Assembly (NCBI RefSeq): GCF_964355755.1
Contig: NC_092678.1
Span: 13,018,352-13,082,351, forward strand
Origin: Antedon mediterranea
Lineage: Eukaryota; Animalia; Echinodermata
DNA length: 64,000 nt
Direction of reading: 5' to 3'
Shown here: one piece after another, positions 25,401 to 35,946 of the stretch
Layout of the letters: each line of letters opens with the position of its first letter
Numbering within the stretch: position 1 is the stretch's first letter
Position numbers and translations under genes: made by a program
The notes under the pieces: generated by a model
Databases searched by the model: none
What the model saw: only the letters and a program-made list of their open reading frames with translations
Told to the model about the DNA's origin: nothing

Positions 25401-28400
25401 TTGATAGCCATTTCAAAAGGCCTCCATTTTGAACAAAATTGGTAACTGGTAACCAATTATCTACCAATGCTTATATTGCTGAATGTGAAAGGCTTCGCAG
25501 TATTCGTCACCAACAGAGTAGTTAAAACCTAATTATTTGAACATTTATTGTTACTTTTATAATTGAATTTCTATCTCCATAACATCTTTTAATGGCATAA
25601 ACAAAATATTGTCAAAAAAGCTGCCATTCTTAAATGTCTGCCAACCCCCCCCCCCCCCCCCCCTCCCCCCTTTGCGTATGAACAAATGGAGTAAATACTT
25701 GTTGGATTCAGTGATGTCTATTCTACAACATATCACATTTTTACAAAATATATGTAAATAAAAGTTAAAGAAAAGTGTTTGATTGGTATGTGCCCATTTT
25801 AGATAAAATGGTGGTCATATTGGATAAAATGGCAGCCAGGTTTGGCATAATGGTGGCCATTTTAGTTTGTTCAGTTAGAAACATGATGTGAAATATTATT
25901 TGAATTTTTATTGTTACTTTTATGATTGAATCACTGAATCCAAAAATGATATGCGCAAGAGGGGTTGACAGACATTTGATAGCCATTTCAAAAGGCCTCC
26001 ATTTTGAACAAAAATATTTATTTAAAAGTTTATTTTATTTATTTTTATTTTTCATTTTATTTCATCAAAACCAACAGCAACGAAAGTTGCTACTTAAACT
26101 TATGGCATTAAAAGATGTTATCAAGAGAGAAATTCAATCATAAAAGTAACAATAAATGTTCAAATAATAATTATTTCACATCATTTTTGTAACTGAACAA
26201 ACCAAAATTGCCGCCATTATGCCCAAAATGGCTACCATTTTATCTAATATGGCCACCATTTTATCTAAAATGGCCACATATTTCAATCAAATATTATATA
26301 ATATATATAACATTTTATTTGCATTTGTATTTGGTAAAAATAGATAAATGTTGTAGAAGACATCACTGAATCCAAAAAGTATTTGCTCCATTTGTGTTTT
26401 CACGCGTAAGGAGTTGGCAGCCATTTCAAAATGGCCTGCATTTTTGGACAAAATTGTTTAAAATATTGTATGTTTATTTTATTTATTTTTATTTTTTATT
26501 TTATTTCATCATAACAAAAGTAAACTTATGAATTGGCTGACTCACCTTAAACACGTGGACGTCCAAAAACTCCGTTATAAAGATGTTATTAAGCGTGATC
26601 TGTTTTCGTTTAATATTCCCACTGGTTCTTGGGAAAATCTTGCCTCCAACCGAACATCATGTCGTTCTAAATTGGTAACTGGTAACCAATTATCTACCAA
26701 TGCTTATATTGCTGAATGTGAAAGGTTTCGCAGTATTCGTCACCAACAGAGTAGTTAAAACCTAATTATTTGAACATTTATTGTTACTTTTATAATTGAA
26801 TTTCTATCTATAACATCTTTTAATGCCATAAACAAAATATTGTCAGAATAGCTGCCATTTTTAAATGGCTGCCAACCCCTTTGCGTATGAACAAATGGAG
26901 TAAATACTTGTTGGATTCAGTGTGTCTATTCTACAACATATCAACTTTTTACAGAATATATGTGAATAAAAGTTAAAGAAAAGTATTTGATTGGTATGTG
27001 CCCATTTTAGATAAAATGGTGGTCATATTGGATAAATGGTAGCCATGTTGGGCATAATGGCGGCCATTTTAGTTTGTTCAGTTACAAACATGATGTGAAA
27101 TATTATTTGAATTTTTATTGTTACTTTTATGATTGAATTGCTATCTCGATAACATCTTTTAATGTCATAAACTTACAATATTTTAAACAATTTTGTCAAA
27201 TATGACGGCAATTTTGAAATGGCTGCAAACCCCCCCTTGCGTCGTATGATAAAAAATGGAGCAAATACTTTTTTGGATTCAGTGATGTCTATTCTACAAG
27301 ATATCCAAATTTTATCAAATATAGCAAAAAAAAAAAATGCAACCTTCCAAAATATCCTAGACTATAGACAGACAGCATAGGAAACGAAAGTTATATTTAT
27401 AATACAAGTACAAAATAATCAATCATTCTCCCGGTACGCTATTATGTTGTTTTACTCATTACGTCAATCATTAGTTAATCAGGCATAACGAAGTGTAACT
27501 AGTGCCATAAAAGTTTCAGAATAAAAGTTTCATTCATTAATACATGACTGCCTTACAGGCGTTGGTGATATTCAATATCTTGTTAGAATACCGGATTCTA
27601 ACGAATACGTTTGTTTCAACATTGAAGGCTACCCAGGCGATGTTTATAGTTTAATTCAAGATCCTAAACGAGGTATGTAACGTTTATAATATATTATATA
27701 ATATCTATATCATAGTAGCATATCAGTCAATATGTGCTTTATTGATTCTACAAAGTTATGAAAAAATTGAATTTTTACAAACTTGTATTATTGGTAAAAT
27801 TTGTATCAATAATAGCATTTTATTGACATGGGATATGTTTACCATGGTTTCTGCTAAACGAATGCAACACGTCTTTATTTATTAGCTTTCTTTGATTTTA
27901 CAACGTTTTTTTTTAAAGCATTCATATGAACGGTCTTCAGAGATGTATTCGTTTATATGATAATTATTCCACGTAAACTAGCATTGTTTGTTCTTATTTT
28001 GTCTTTTGTCCTTGCTATGAAAGGACATGGAGGTTTAGTGCACTATAAAAGTCAACATCAATAATTATTAAATTGGTAAACCTCATGTTTGTATGACCGT
28101 TTCAAATTTACCTCCAGGCATCAAAATGCACAATACGATTTGCTGTGAATGTTGGGGTTCATAAAGGCTACTTTTATATATCTTATCTCGCTTTTTTGTT
28201 CTTAATTTATAATCCAGCGCGACTGTAAAGTCATATAACGAAGTTAAACAGTTTGAGATCAATCTTCTGACAAAGTTATACAATCTTATGTTAACAAGAA
28301 TTAGAGATTACATGCAAACAAAATTCGTTTGTTTATTCATTTAGCATCAATACAAATAAAAAAGACATAACAATTGGAATATTAAAATTGAAAAAAAAAA

Positions 28401-29884
28401 ACAAATTAAATGGATGGATGGACGACCATAAAATCGACATGTCAATTTATTTCCAATGGGGTCCATTGCAAGAGAAATCGGAGATGTGAAAGTGGACAAT
28501 AACAATAGTTATCTGCCAAGTGCAGATAATTAAAAAACAAATTGTAAATTAATAAGTCTCCTTTTCAAAGAAAACACAAACTATGACGATGAATAGGCCT
28601 AATATTTCATTGGCGAGTGTGACCATCAATCGCAAAAATGTTAAAGAATTTGATTGTGATAAAACGAACTTGTGTTCTAACCAACATCAATATCTGTGGT
28701 GGTATGTTTTTTGTTAAAGTAAATTATCGAATTATAGCGTGATATGATATAAATTGTATGTTTTTACATTATAAATTAAATTAATAAGTTATTATTATTT
28801 TTTTTCTTCATTTTTTAGGAATCAATATTTTTGGTAAAATTAGTGTTAAAACTTATTATCAAAATTCAGAGCACCAGAAACATCCCTTGTTAAGAAAAAT
28901 AAACTTTGAGTATAGAAATGCAACGATAGTCGTAGCAACGTCATATATGAAAGTGGAAGACGCTGTCCTCAATTGGCAAGACATTCATTGGCGGGGTGAC
29001 CAACATTTATCACTAACCGTAAAAAATGACCAAGTTCGGGTAATGATTGGTACAGATATTACCTTGGTTGTCATACGGTATAGGTATCCACGTGGAAGCT
29101 CTAATCAAGTGTATTACTTGGGATTTTATGTTGAAGTTGAAAGAGGTTTCTCCGATGAAGTACATGGCTTAATTGGTAAGAATTAATGTGTCACTCAGGA
29201 CGTACGCTAAACGTTTCCGAGACAAGAAATATAAAGGCTGCTATACACTAGGACGTTTGACAATTAAAGATAAATAGAAAATATACATTTTTCTTAAACA
29301 AACAAAATAAAATTAGAGAATTGTTTTATTCTAGAATTATTTTTATATAAATTATTAAAGCAAAGCAAAATACGTCAATAAGAACAATAAATCATTGTAT
29401 CGCCATGATATTGTTGCTCTTATTATCCTTTTATTGTAATATTATTATTACAAAGACAGCGCAAATGATTATCCAAACGTTTTTGTTTGAGGAATTGATA
29501 CATATGTATCTCGTTACCTTCTTGATAGTATCAAGTGGTGCTTTCGCGTACTTTAAATGATAATAATATATTTATATTAATAAAACGCCAATTTTATATA
29601 TAGAAGTAGGCCTACGTTATCAAACTTTTAATTAACTGTTTGTACTATTGTCATTCATAGGACAATTTTATAGCAGAGATCACCGTATAACCCGTGACAA
29701 AATATACGCCGATAAATCTACTATCAAAACCACGCTAATTGTGAATTCTCGTCAAGTTCCCGTGACACTGAAACATGCTGACGAACCTGGGCCTGGTACA
29801 AAACAAATTCGTCAGTGCTGGTTTGCAGAAAACAATGGACTGGGCCTAATAGACGGCTTGCACGGAGACTACCTGGATGTCTAA
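311..29884 (+). CDS. ITIH: ITIH-like gene A (spliced): signal peptide, propeptide, VIT, vWA, micro-exon linker, ITI heavy-chain C-terminal domain
   Basis: Frame-consistent AG/GT-bounded exons: 311-442 (MEMHAYFPLVLVLISSWL), 6168-6200 (RVERDVGTAAH), 6902-7062, 7688-7798, 7930-8062 (VIT: VTSRFSSTTVTS, FTLPEEAFIANFSM, FTVSVNVA), 8697-8966, 9369-9654 (NGYFVHYFSP, KNVVFVIDVSGSMSG), 10287-10801 (MLTDGLPT, LKGFFDEVSTPLL), 11826-12078 (RLWAYLSIKELL, YHFVTPLTSLIVVKP), micro-exons 12736-25088, 27559-27672, 28819-29175 (YYLGFYV, FSDEVHGLIG), 29661-29884 (QFY, CWFAENNGLGLIDG, TAA). These are hallmark ITIH motifs. The symbol is family-level only. Confidence 0.93.
697..5294 (+). mobile_element. AcademX-type DNA transposon, degenerate and probably internally deleted, in an intron of gene A
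   Basis: Imperfect ~165-bp TIRs starting TAGTCCAGTCAA (697) and ending TTGACTGGACTA (5294), flanked by a 3-bp duplication TAG (694-696 / 5295-5297). The transposase + XPG nuclease + Cys-finger layout, TAG..CTA ends and 3-bp TSD fit Academ. Confidence 0.82.
1520..4658 (+). pseudogene. Frameshifted Academ transposase / XPG-like nuclease / Cys-rich finger ORF
   Basis: ORF fragments 1729-2208, 2135-3592, 3445-3906 and 3908-4150 join across frameshifts. Motifs: TFDQPLWWKA, LGGLHMEMSFLG, STDLIIEQVLMRS; XPG/FEN-like IVFDGY, GDADILIV, HALLGCDTTS; terminal CNCKTGCSTCRCTC..CTWICGVCKGSSCTN ending at TGA 4656-4658. The 5' limit is approximate. Confidence 0.8.
5549..6109. mobile_element. Non-autonomous TIR element with TTAA duplication (Kolobok-like MITE)
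   Basis: TTAA|AGCTCAGGTACAGGC ... GCCCGCACCTGGCCT|TTAA: imperfect TIRs with AG..CT termini and TTAA on both sides. Confidence 0.55.
13388..13447. repeat. (TA)n microsatellite
   Basis: About 30 perfect TA units. Confidence 0.95.
14195..14303 (+). mobile_element. Dispersed repeat with (CCGA)n microsatellite, Helitron/Helentron-derived type
   Basis: ACAAG..GGCTGCAG..GTTAGTGTTTACCGACCGACCGAC.. has an inverted homologue at ~46395-46492 (GTCGGTCGGTGGGTCGGTAAACACTAAC..CTGCAGCC..CTTGT). The family assignment is inference. Confidence 0.5.
16140..16204. repeat. Imperfect (CAA/CAG)n microsatellite, intronic
   Basis: Run of ACA/GCA triplets downstream of the 16060 micro-exon donor. Confidence 0.8.
17836..18540 (+). 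CDS. L1 ORF1p (coiled coil + RRM-like + CTD), 234 aa
   Basis: Heptad-rich N-terminus, then LENRQRRNNIVIFGIPE, IERAHR, PRPIHIAF and VWITDDFT, typical of L1 ORF1 proteins. Confidence 0.9.
   Translation: MATKTRSKADSEDKLDTIIGKLKKLEILDAINERLVILEEDFKNMWQKVRDMEASQESLQANLDEKADSQDMEVLQNRVDELENRQRRNNIVIFGIPEQSEGNNCSDYILGFFKTYLKVDSNRPMDIERAHRTPTFLPTGGKRAKYPRPIHIAFNKFTDKIKVMKGAVNLKNSPFSGKKVWITDDFTPNLRIKRKRLWAKRKRLLEEKPGRKVFLNYPAVLRIVEEDGSSRLVQ
18638..19429 (+). CDS. Extra inter-ORF protein of the L1 element, 263 aa, hydrophobic segments, unknown function
   Basis: ATG-initiated 792-nt stop-free frame in very AT-rich DNA, identical translation in copy 2. Its stop overlaps the ORF2 start (ATGTCTAA). Confidence 0.6.
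   Translation: MPVRGISVMIVLILIFFRYFFRCLKKKIRLLLYLKRIYVSGVWKGEGYTGFFYPLLGGFSLFLFFYFILFLLYNKKKLNTYANFNTRYDRTIGNLNTKVIRIATAQGYFGLRLHTNFTLPNDLGKCSCPLIINNKNYWILEVNTNYDSFISAGTWCIDIVGPLKNFRKNTVKIKENIGEQSSKLIIVCNKNLINIKCKFYERSKIQCNRISPLLIEAKTIFGLLWFMVVAQNNHYDTIYTLALLFYLPLYINKISKKITIKNV
19422..23252 (+). pseudogene. L1 ORF2 (AP endonuclease, reverse transcriptase, CCHC finger) with an early nonsense codon
   Basis: The true ATG is at 19422 by comparison with copy 2 (49213). TAA at 19485-19487 replaces CCA. The rest is open: CLQDVH, CGDWN, RLDYFL, TDH; KSPGIDG, NWRPITLL, DFEKAFD, GCRQGDGLSP, YADD; CALC..ETLIHIFAQC. Confidence 0.9.
25287..27364. mobile_element. Non-autonomous fold-back element with Academ-like TAGTC..GACTA termini, inserted in a micro-exon
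   Basis: Starts TAGTCCAG, ends CTAGACTA. Subterminal blocks (TTGGATATGTTGTAGAATAGACATCACTGAATCCAAAA / TTTTGGATTCAGTGATGTCTATTCTACAAGATATCCAA) are inverted. Internal direct duplication ~25440-25930 vs ~26670-27135, plus nested inverted copies. Confidence 0.65.
26525..26758 (+). pseudogene. 3' fragment of an RTE-clade LINE ORF inside the fold-back element
   Basis: Across one frameshift it reads RGRPK-LRYKDVIKRDL..WENLASNRTSCRS, matching the C-terminal GRPxxRxxDxxxxDL..W..LA.DR motif of RTE-type RTs. Confidence 0.65.
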
Positions 29885-30489
29885 AATGTAATCACACGAC
29901 GTTTGACAGGTGTTTCTATATGATTCAATAGTAGGCTAGTTTTCAAATATAATATCTAGAAAATAAAAATTGATTAACTTTAAATATAATTAATATATAT
30001 CCACACTTACATTATTAAAAAAATAAACTTACTCTTAATGTAAAATAATAATACTGGCAATACCTTATAAAATACCATTCATTTTCTTGAATCCCAAAAT
30101 TAAAGTTAGAACTGTTAATTTCAAAAGCTTTGTTTATTAGTATGATTACTTTTAATTGTTATATATGGTTAGATTTTATGATAATTGCGTTGTACAATCT
30201 AGTAAACATTTCCGTATAATAACCAAGCATTGTATACATCGAATTTTTTATATTATAGATGTTACGATAAATAATATAGTAGGTCTAATAATATTGTCTT
30301 CATCCATAATTAGGTTTTAAAAAGTGCTATTCTTATACTACGGTCAAGCATAGGATATTCTGTAATGTAATTACAGGGATAAAATAAATTAAAAAAACAA
30401 TATCTTAATTTTTAAAACATACACATAATGAGTATTGTGATACAGTTTTAATAAGGTGTGATGCACAACAAGTTTTTAATAAAAGTTGA

Positions 30490-33400
30490 AGGTTGACGTT
30501 GTAGCGTGTAGACGTGTGTCGCTGAGCTATCTGCAAGACACCTCTATTTTCCTTATTTTCGTTGTTTAACTTGTTGATGTGTCTTATTTAGCGATTACTA
30601 AGTGTTGCTTGTTGGTTTAGATGATATTTTGATGAATTTTGATGGATTTTTGTGCTTGTACGTTCATAATTTAGCCGTTTTTGTGCTTGTCGCCGGTTTG
30701 GTCTTGTTTTTTTTTTTTTGGACACGGCACGGTACGCAATGACAAAGGAACTGCATATACAGGTGGAGGTAAACAATAGACCGGCTTGTATGCATACCGG
30801 TAGCGATTCTCGGCCTAGAAAACGACCAAGAAGGAAACGCGGAGGTGTTAAGCTAAGAAGGAAAATTGATACAAGGGTAACTTTTCGTTCAGTAGGAAAT
30901 AAGGTGACCCAAGGTCGTAATATTGGAAATTTGATCCCATGCATCACAGGGGATTTAGTTGCACCGACAATTATGTATACGAATGCGTGGTCATTAAAGA
31001 ATAAAGCAGACGAATTTCACTGTACCTTAAAGAAACATAATGTAGATGTAGCGATAGTCACTGAGACATGGCTAACAGAGGAAACACAAGGTATTGTTAA
31101 CTTTTGCGATTATAAAGGCGTTTTTAAAAACAGAACTGATAAAATCGGCGGTGGCGTAGCATGCTTTGCAGCGGACCACCTGGAAATCCATCCGATTGTT
31201 ACGCATACTGATTGCAAATTCGAATGCCTATGGTCAAAAATTAGCTATCGCTCTACACAGAACAGCAAAACGCGTTCTATATATATCGGAGCTATTTACT
31301 ACCCGCCGTCTGCCAACTACCCCAACCAACTTTTAGAGCATGTTGGAAATGTAATTGATAGTATTTATGGAATGGATAGATTGGCAAATATCATAGTACT
31401 TGGTGACTTCAACCATCTAAACACTACCTATATGCAATCTGAATTAGGTATGGAACAAATGATTGATTTTCCTACCCATAGGAAAAATAACATACTTGAT
31501 AAAGTGTTCATGAATCGACCGGAGAGATACAGTAAAGCCACTAAGTTGGCCCCCTTAGGACGTAGCGACCATTGTTGTATACTATTGAAACCAATCCATG
31601 TTATACCTACCTCTAACTACACCACTTGTACTATCCAACCGTATCGTAACTCGTCGGTTAGATCATTTGGATCGTGGATCACTGCCCATGACTAGTGCCA
31701 TGTTCTTGATAGCGAATCAACAAGTGTTAAAACAAATGAATTTCTTACTGTGCTTAATGGGAAATTTGCAGATTTTTTTCCCCGTGAAATCGATTTGCCA
31801 TAAGAAAACCGATAAGCCGTGGATGACGCCGAGAATCAAGAGATTGATTGTAGAACGACAGTTGGCCTTTTCTAGTAACCATACCCAACAATGGCGAAGG
31901 ATACGTAACTCCATACAAAGAGCAATTACGCACGCGAAGGAGAAGTTTTACGCGACCTCATTAAAGTGTCTAAAAAGCAATAGCCCTGCTAGATGGCACA
32001 AAGGAATTGTGAATCTCTGCAATCTAAAGAAAAAGGACACGTTTAACATCCCTGGTCTATCAACGCAAGTGGCTGTTGAAGTAATTAACCAACATTTTGC
32101 CACGATTTGTAGTGAACTTTCAGCACTTCACATTACAAAACTACCAAGTTACTTACCAGCATCGGAACCCCCACCCGTTATCTACCCAGGACAAGTGAAA
32201 TCTGCAATCGATAAGTTAAACATACAAAAAGCAGGACACCCAGAAGATCTACCGATCAGATTAATTAAGGAATTCTCATTTGAACTCTCTTATCCATTAG
32301 CGGACATTTTTAATTCTTCTTTAAATGAAGGTAATTTTCCTGAACAATGGAAAAAGGCTACTATAATACCAGTTCCTAAGGTTCCAGATGCTAATAATTG
32401 TAATGACCTTCGGCCTATATCCCTAACACCCATTTTTTCTCGGATATTTGAAAGCTTTTTAGCGGAGTGGGTAACTAATGATATAAAAGATTCTTTAGAT
32501 AGTAAGCAATTTGGTTGTCGTAGAGGCTCGTCAACTTCACACTACCTCGTAGACTTGATAAATTCTATTGTATCTGACCTGGAGGGGGGTAGCAAATATT
32601 TAAACTTATGTGCTGTAGACTTTACGAAGGCTTTCGATCGTGTGGATCATAATGTTGTCATAAATAAATTAATATCCATAGGAGTGAGGCCGTCCATTCT
32701 TCCTACCGTTTGTAGTTTCCTCTTAAATCGCACATGCAATACCAAAGTTAAGGGAGCCACCTCTTCAAATTCTAATATTACTTGTGGGGTGCCCCAGGGC
32801 ACGAAGTTGGGTCCCCTTCTCTTTTTGGTATTAGTCAATGATGTTGCTGAGGGAACTGACAGGCGGTAGAAATATGTGGACGACCTCACTCTTAGTGAAG
32901 TAGTTAGAAGTAGTGATAGCCAATTGTTGCAGGACACTTTAAATCAACTTGATGATTGGTGTTTGATAAATAGAGTCCTCCCCAAGCCATCCAAGTGCAA
33001 TGTGATGCGTATTTCCTTCCTAAAGTCCGACTGTCCTCCTCCCAGTTTCAATCTAAATGGCCATGATCTTAAATGTGTAAATCACATTAAACTGCTTGGT
33101 GTCACCTTGCAGGATAACCTTAAATGGGAGATGCATATTCATGATATCGTTGCTAAAGCATGTCGACGTTTGTACACTTTGATTATACTTAAGAAAGCCA
33201 AGGCGCCTTGTAAAGATTTACTACAAGTATATACTTGCTATATACGTCCTTTAGTTGAATATGCATGCCCTGTGTGGCACAGTTCAATTACGAAAGACCA
33301 AACTAAGTCAATAGAAAGAGTTCAAAAAAGAGCTCTACGAATCATTTATGGCATGAACTATGTATCCTACGAGTCTGCTCTTCCATCGCTAGTTAACAGA

Positions 33401-33805
33401 AGAGTCCAACTCTTACTGAAATTTGGTAAAGGAATAATAAAGTCCGATACATTTAGAAGCATTCTTCCACCTGTTCGTGACATTAGCAGAACCCTGAGGT
33501 CTGCGAGTAAGCCTCTACTCAAAATCCCGTTTGGTCGTACAGAAAGATTTAGATCTTCACCAGTCCCTTTTTTAGTCCAACTCATTAATGATGAATATTG
33601 AATAGGCTGGCACTATTTTAACTTACAGGTGGACCAATTTTAATGTGGTAAATTATTATTATTATTATTTTTTTTTTTTTTAAACTAGTTTTACCTTTTA
33701 TACATAATGTATTTATATATTTTTATCAAATTTTGTAAAATACTACTTTTCAGCCTTTTGGCTGCCGTTGTATTTTGATGTCTTTTTATGAATAAATATA
33801 CCTAA
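30490..33805 (+). mobile_element. CR1/L2-group (Rex1/Babar-like) LINE, near full length, inactivated
   Basis: APE motifs (NAWSLKNK, VTETWL, GGGVA, LGDFN, LDKVF, SDH) and RT motifs (KPWMT, LRPISLT, DFTKAFD, GVPQGTKLGP, KYVDD). 3' stem-loop CAGCC-TTTT-GGCTG (33751-33764) and AATAAA. Boundaries approximate. Confidence 0.85.
30739..33601 (+). pseudogene. Endonuclease-reverse transcriptase ORF of the CR1/L2-group LINE
   Basis: Broken by TAG at 31693-31695, a frameshift near 31740-31780, and TAG at 32867-32869 immediately before KYVDD. Confidence 0.85.
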
Positions 33806-34209
33806 ATGAAAGGGTGTCAATAATCTAGTGTAGAGTGACCAAATCATTCAAACAATTAGTCGTCAGTGAAATTACATCAACATAAAAAAAAGTAACTACA
33901 TAATTATGCACAACATGAACCATCCAACGAAATCCCATTTTTCCAGTATCCACAAAAATAGAAGTTGGGAATTGCAATGATGTCATTTTTGTCCGATAAT
34001 AATTGCTGTTGTTGCCCTAGAGAAGAAGCACACATTCTGGTTAATCTTGAAGTTGTATACACAATTTATAACGTCATATAACGCTTCACCTCATTACTGT
34101 TGTACTTCAATTGAATGTTTTTCTAACCTTTTTTGGCTTATTAGTTTTAAACTACACTGTTTTAACAAAGAATCCGATGATATCAATTTTTGTGAGTGTG
34201 ATACATCTC

Positions 34210-34530
34210 GACCGAGTGAGTGGCCGAGCGGTTAAGACAGTGGAACCGTAATTACGTAGCCATAACATCGGCAGGGGTTCGAGGCTCACTCAATCCATGG
34301 TTCTGGTGATAGAACGAGTCTTCTCGGATAAGGACTATAAACCGTAGGTCCAGTGTACACATCTAGCTCGTGTGCACTTTAAAGAACCTAGTACATCTTT
34401 CGAGACGAGTAGGGGGTTACACCGGTGTATTAGTACATCACAGCCACTGATCACCAACTGGGCCCTCTTGGAGACCAGTCTTGACTGAAGAGGTTACCCA
34501 GTATAAGTATATATTTCAATTTCAAATTTA
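34210..34530 (+). mobile_element. tRNA-derived SINE with a Deu/Nin-like central domain
   Basis: A-box TGGCCGAGCGG (34221) and B-box GGTTCGAGGC (34276). The core CGGATAAGGACTATAAACCGTAGGTCC..TTAAAGAACC..TTCGAGACGAGTAGGGGG resembles the Deu domain. (TTTCAA)-like tail. Confidence 0.75.
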
Positions 34531-35163
34531 AATCTTAAACATATACTTTAAACATTATCAGAGGTGTTTTGTGGACAAATCTGCATAGGCTTACTATAAG
34601 CTCTTGTGGTTTAATCTTGCCAAACATTTTAGTAAACATACCAAATATCATTGCTATGTGAGGCTAATTACGTTTTTACGTTGTATGAATGCAAATTTTT
34701 AATCTAAACCGAAGTGATTTCATTGCCTTCAAAAGAGAAAAATAATTTCTCTCGATTTTAATTAAGTATTTTTTTACAGGAATGCAATGGGAAAGATTGT
34801 CAGATAAAGTAATAATATAATTCTCTACAAATGCACATAAGTTAGTACAAGCAAGAATGTTACGTATACTTACAGTAATAGGGTCGTTTACAGATAAACG
34901 CCAAGTTAGGTCTCAGTAAAGCCAATATCCTTATTAATCACAATAACGTTTTATCTACATTATATTTTCTCTCTTAATTTTTGTCCTTGGCACGATACTA
35001 TATCCCTCAATAATACAACGGGTTAAAGGTTAAAATGATCCGATGATCATTAAGAACCGTTAAAGCTAATTAAAAATTCGTGTAACGTGAATCCAGCCAA
35101 GGGGCATGTTGGAATCCTATATAAATAAATGCATTTATAATGTGATAATTGTAAAAAAGTTAT

Positions 35164-35328
35164 GTTGTGGTGCTCTTGGATAGAGTGTATTAATGCCTGT
35201 GAGGTGTCTGAGATGGGGATTTGTTAGAAGACCAGGCCACGTTGTGTTGTGGTGCTCTTGGATAGAGTGTACTATACTGCTTGTGAGGTGTCTGAGATGG
35301 GAATTTGTTAGAGGATCATGTCACGTTG
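35164..35328. repeat. Two-copy ~83-bp tandem duplication
   Basis: GTTGTGGTGCTCTTGGATAGAGTGTA..GTGAGGTGTCTGAGATGGG..TTTGTTAGA..CACGTTG occurs twice in tandem. Confidence 0.8.
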
Positions 35329-35598
35329 ATGCCTGGCATAATCTATTAATCCGCAGTTTGGGTAAACGGGCTCTGTGATGGATATACTAGTAACAATGAG
35401 AAGCAGCAATGTTGGAAATTATAACCAGACAATGTTGCGCCTCTCATTTCCTATGTTGCCATTCAATTCAATGTATTCCAGATTTTACAATACAAACAAT
35501 AACATACATCACATATGCTAGACCCGGGGGACTCCAGCAGCCGAACATTTTGGTTTATATTTTATTTTTTGTATTTTAAAACAAAAGAAATTAATTAT

Positions 35599-35946
35599 AC
35601 TAGAGGGTGAGCTCGATCTCCCTCTAGGAAGTGCATACGATAGTTCTCGGAATGATAATGAATCGGGTAAAAAGGTTTTAGAACGCCGTTCTCCTTGTAC
35701 GTTTTCTGTCGGTTACCATTTGAAGAAGGTGCTTATTCGAGAGATATGTTTGTTTATTGCAAGGTGAACTCATCGTGAACGCGGAAATTACTTTGACCGC
35801 GTAGAATTGAAATTGAGTTGAAAATCTACCGTTGAAATCATAAATTTTGTTAAAAACTCTTTATAATATCTTCCTAAGATAGAAATATGGAACAATATCG
35901 TAATAGTGAAAACTAATGTATCAAATTTACATTTCACGGTACATCT
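35599..35946 (-). mobile_element. Helitron-like non-autonomous repeat (copy 1) abutting the satellite
   Basis: Collinear with 57912-58549 from ACTAGAGGGTGAGCTCG to CGGTACATCT. The minus-strand end reads ..CTAG|T and is part of a hairpin. Confidence 0.55.

Noticed and set aside
34210-34295. Functional tRNA gene
   Set aside because: A and B boxes are present, but there is no convincing cloverleaf and it continues into a SINE body.
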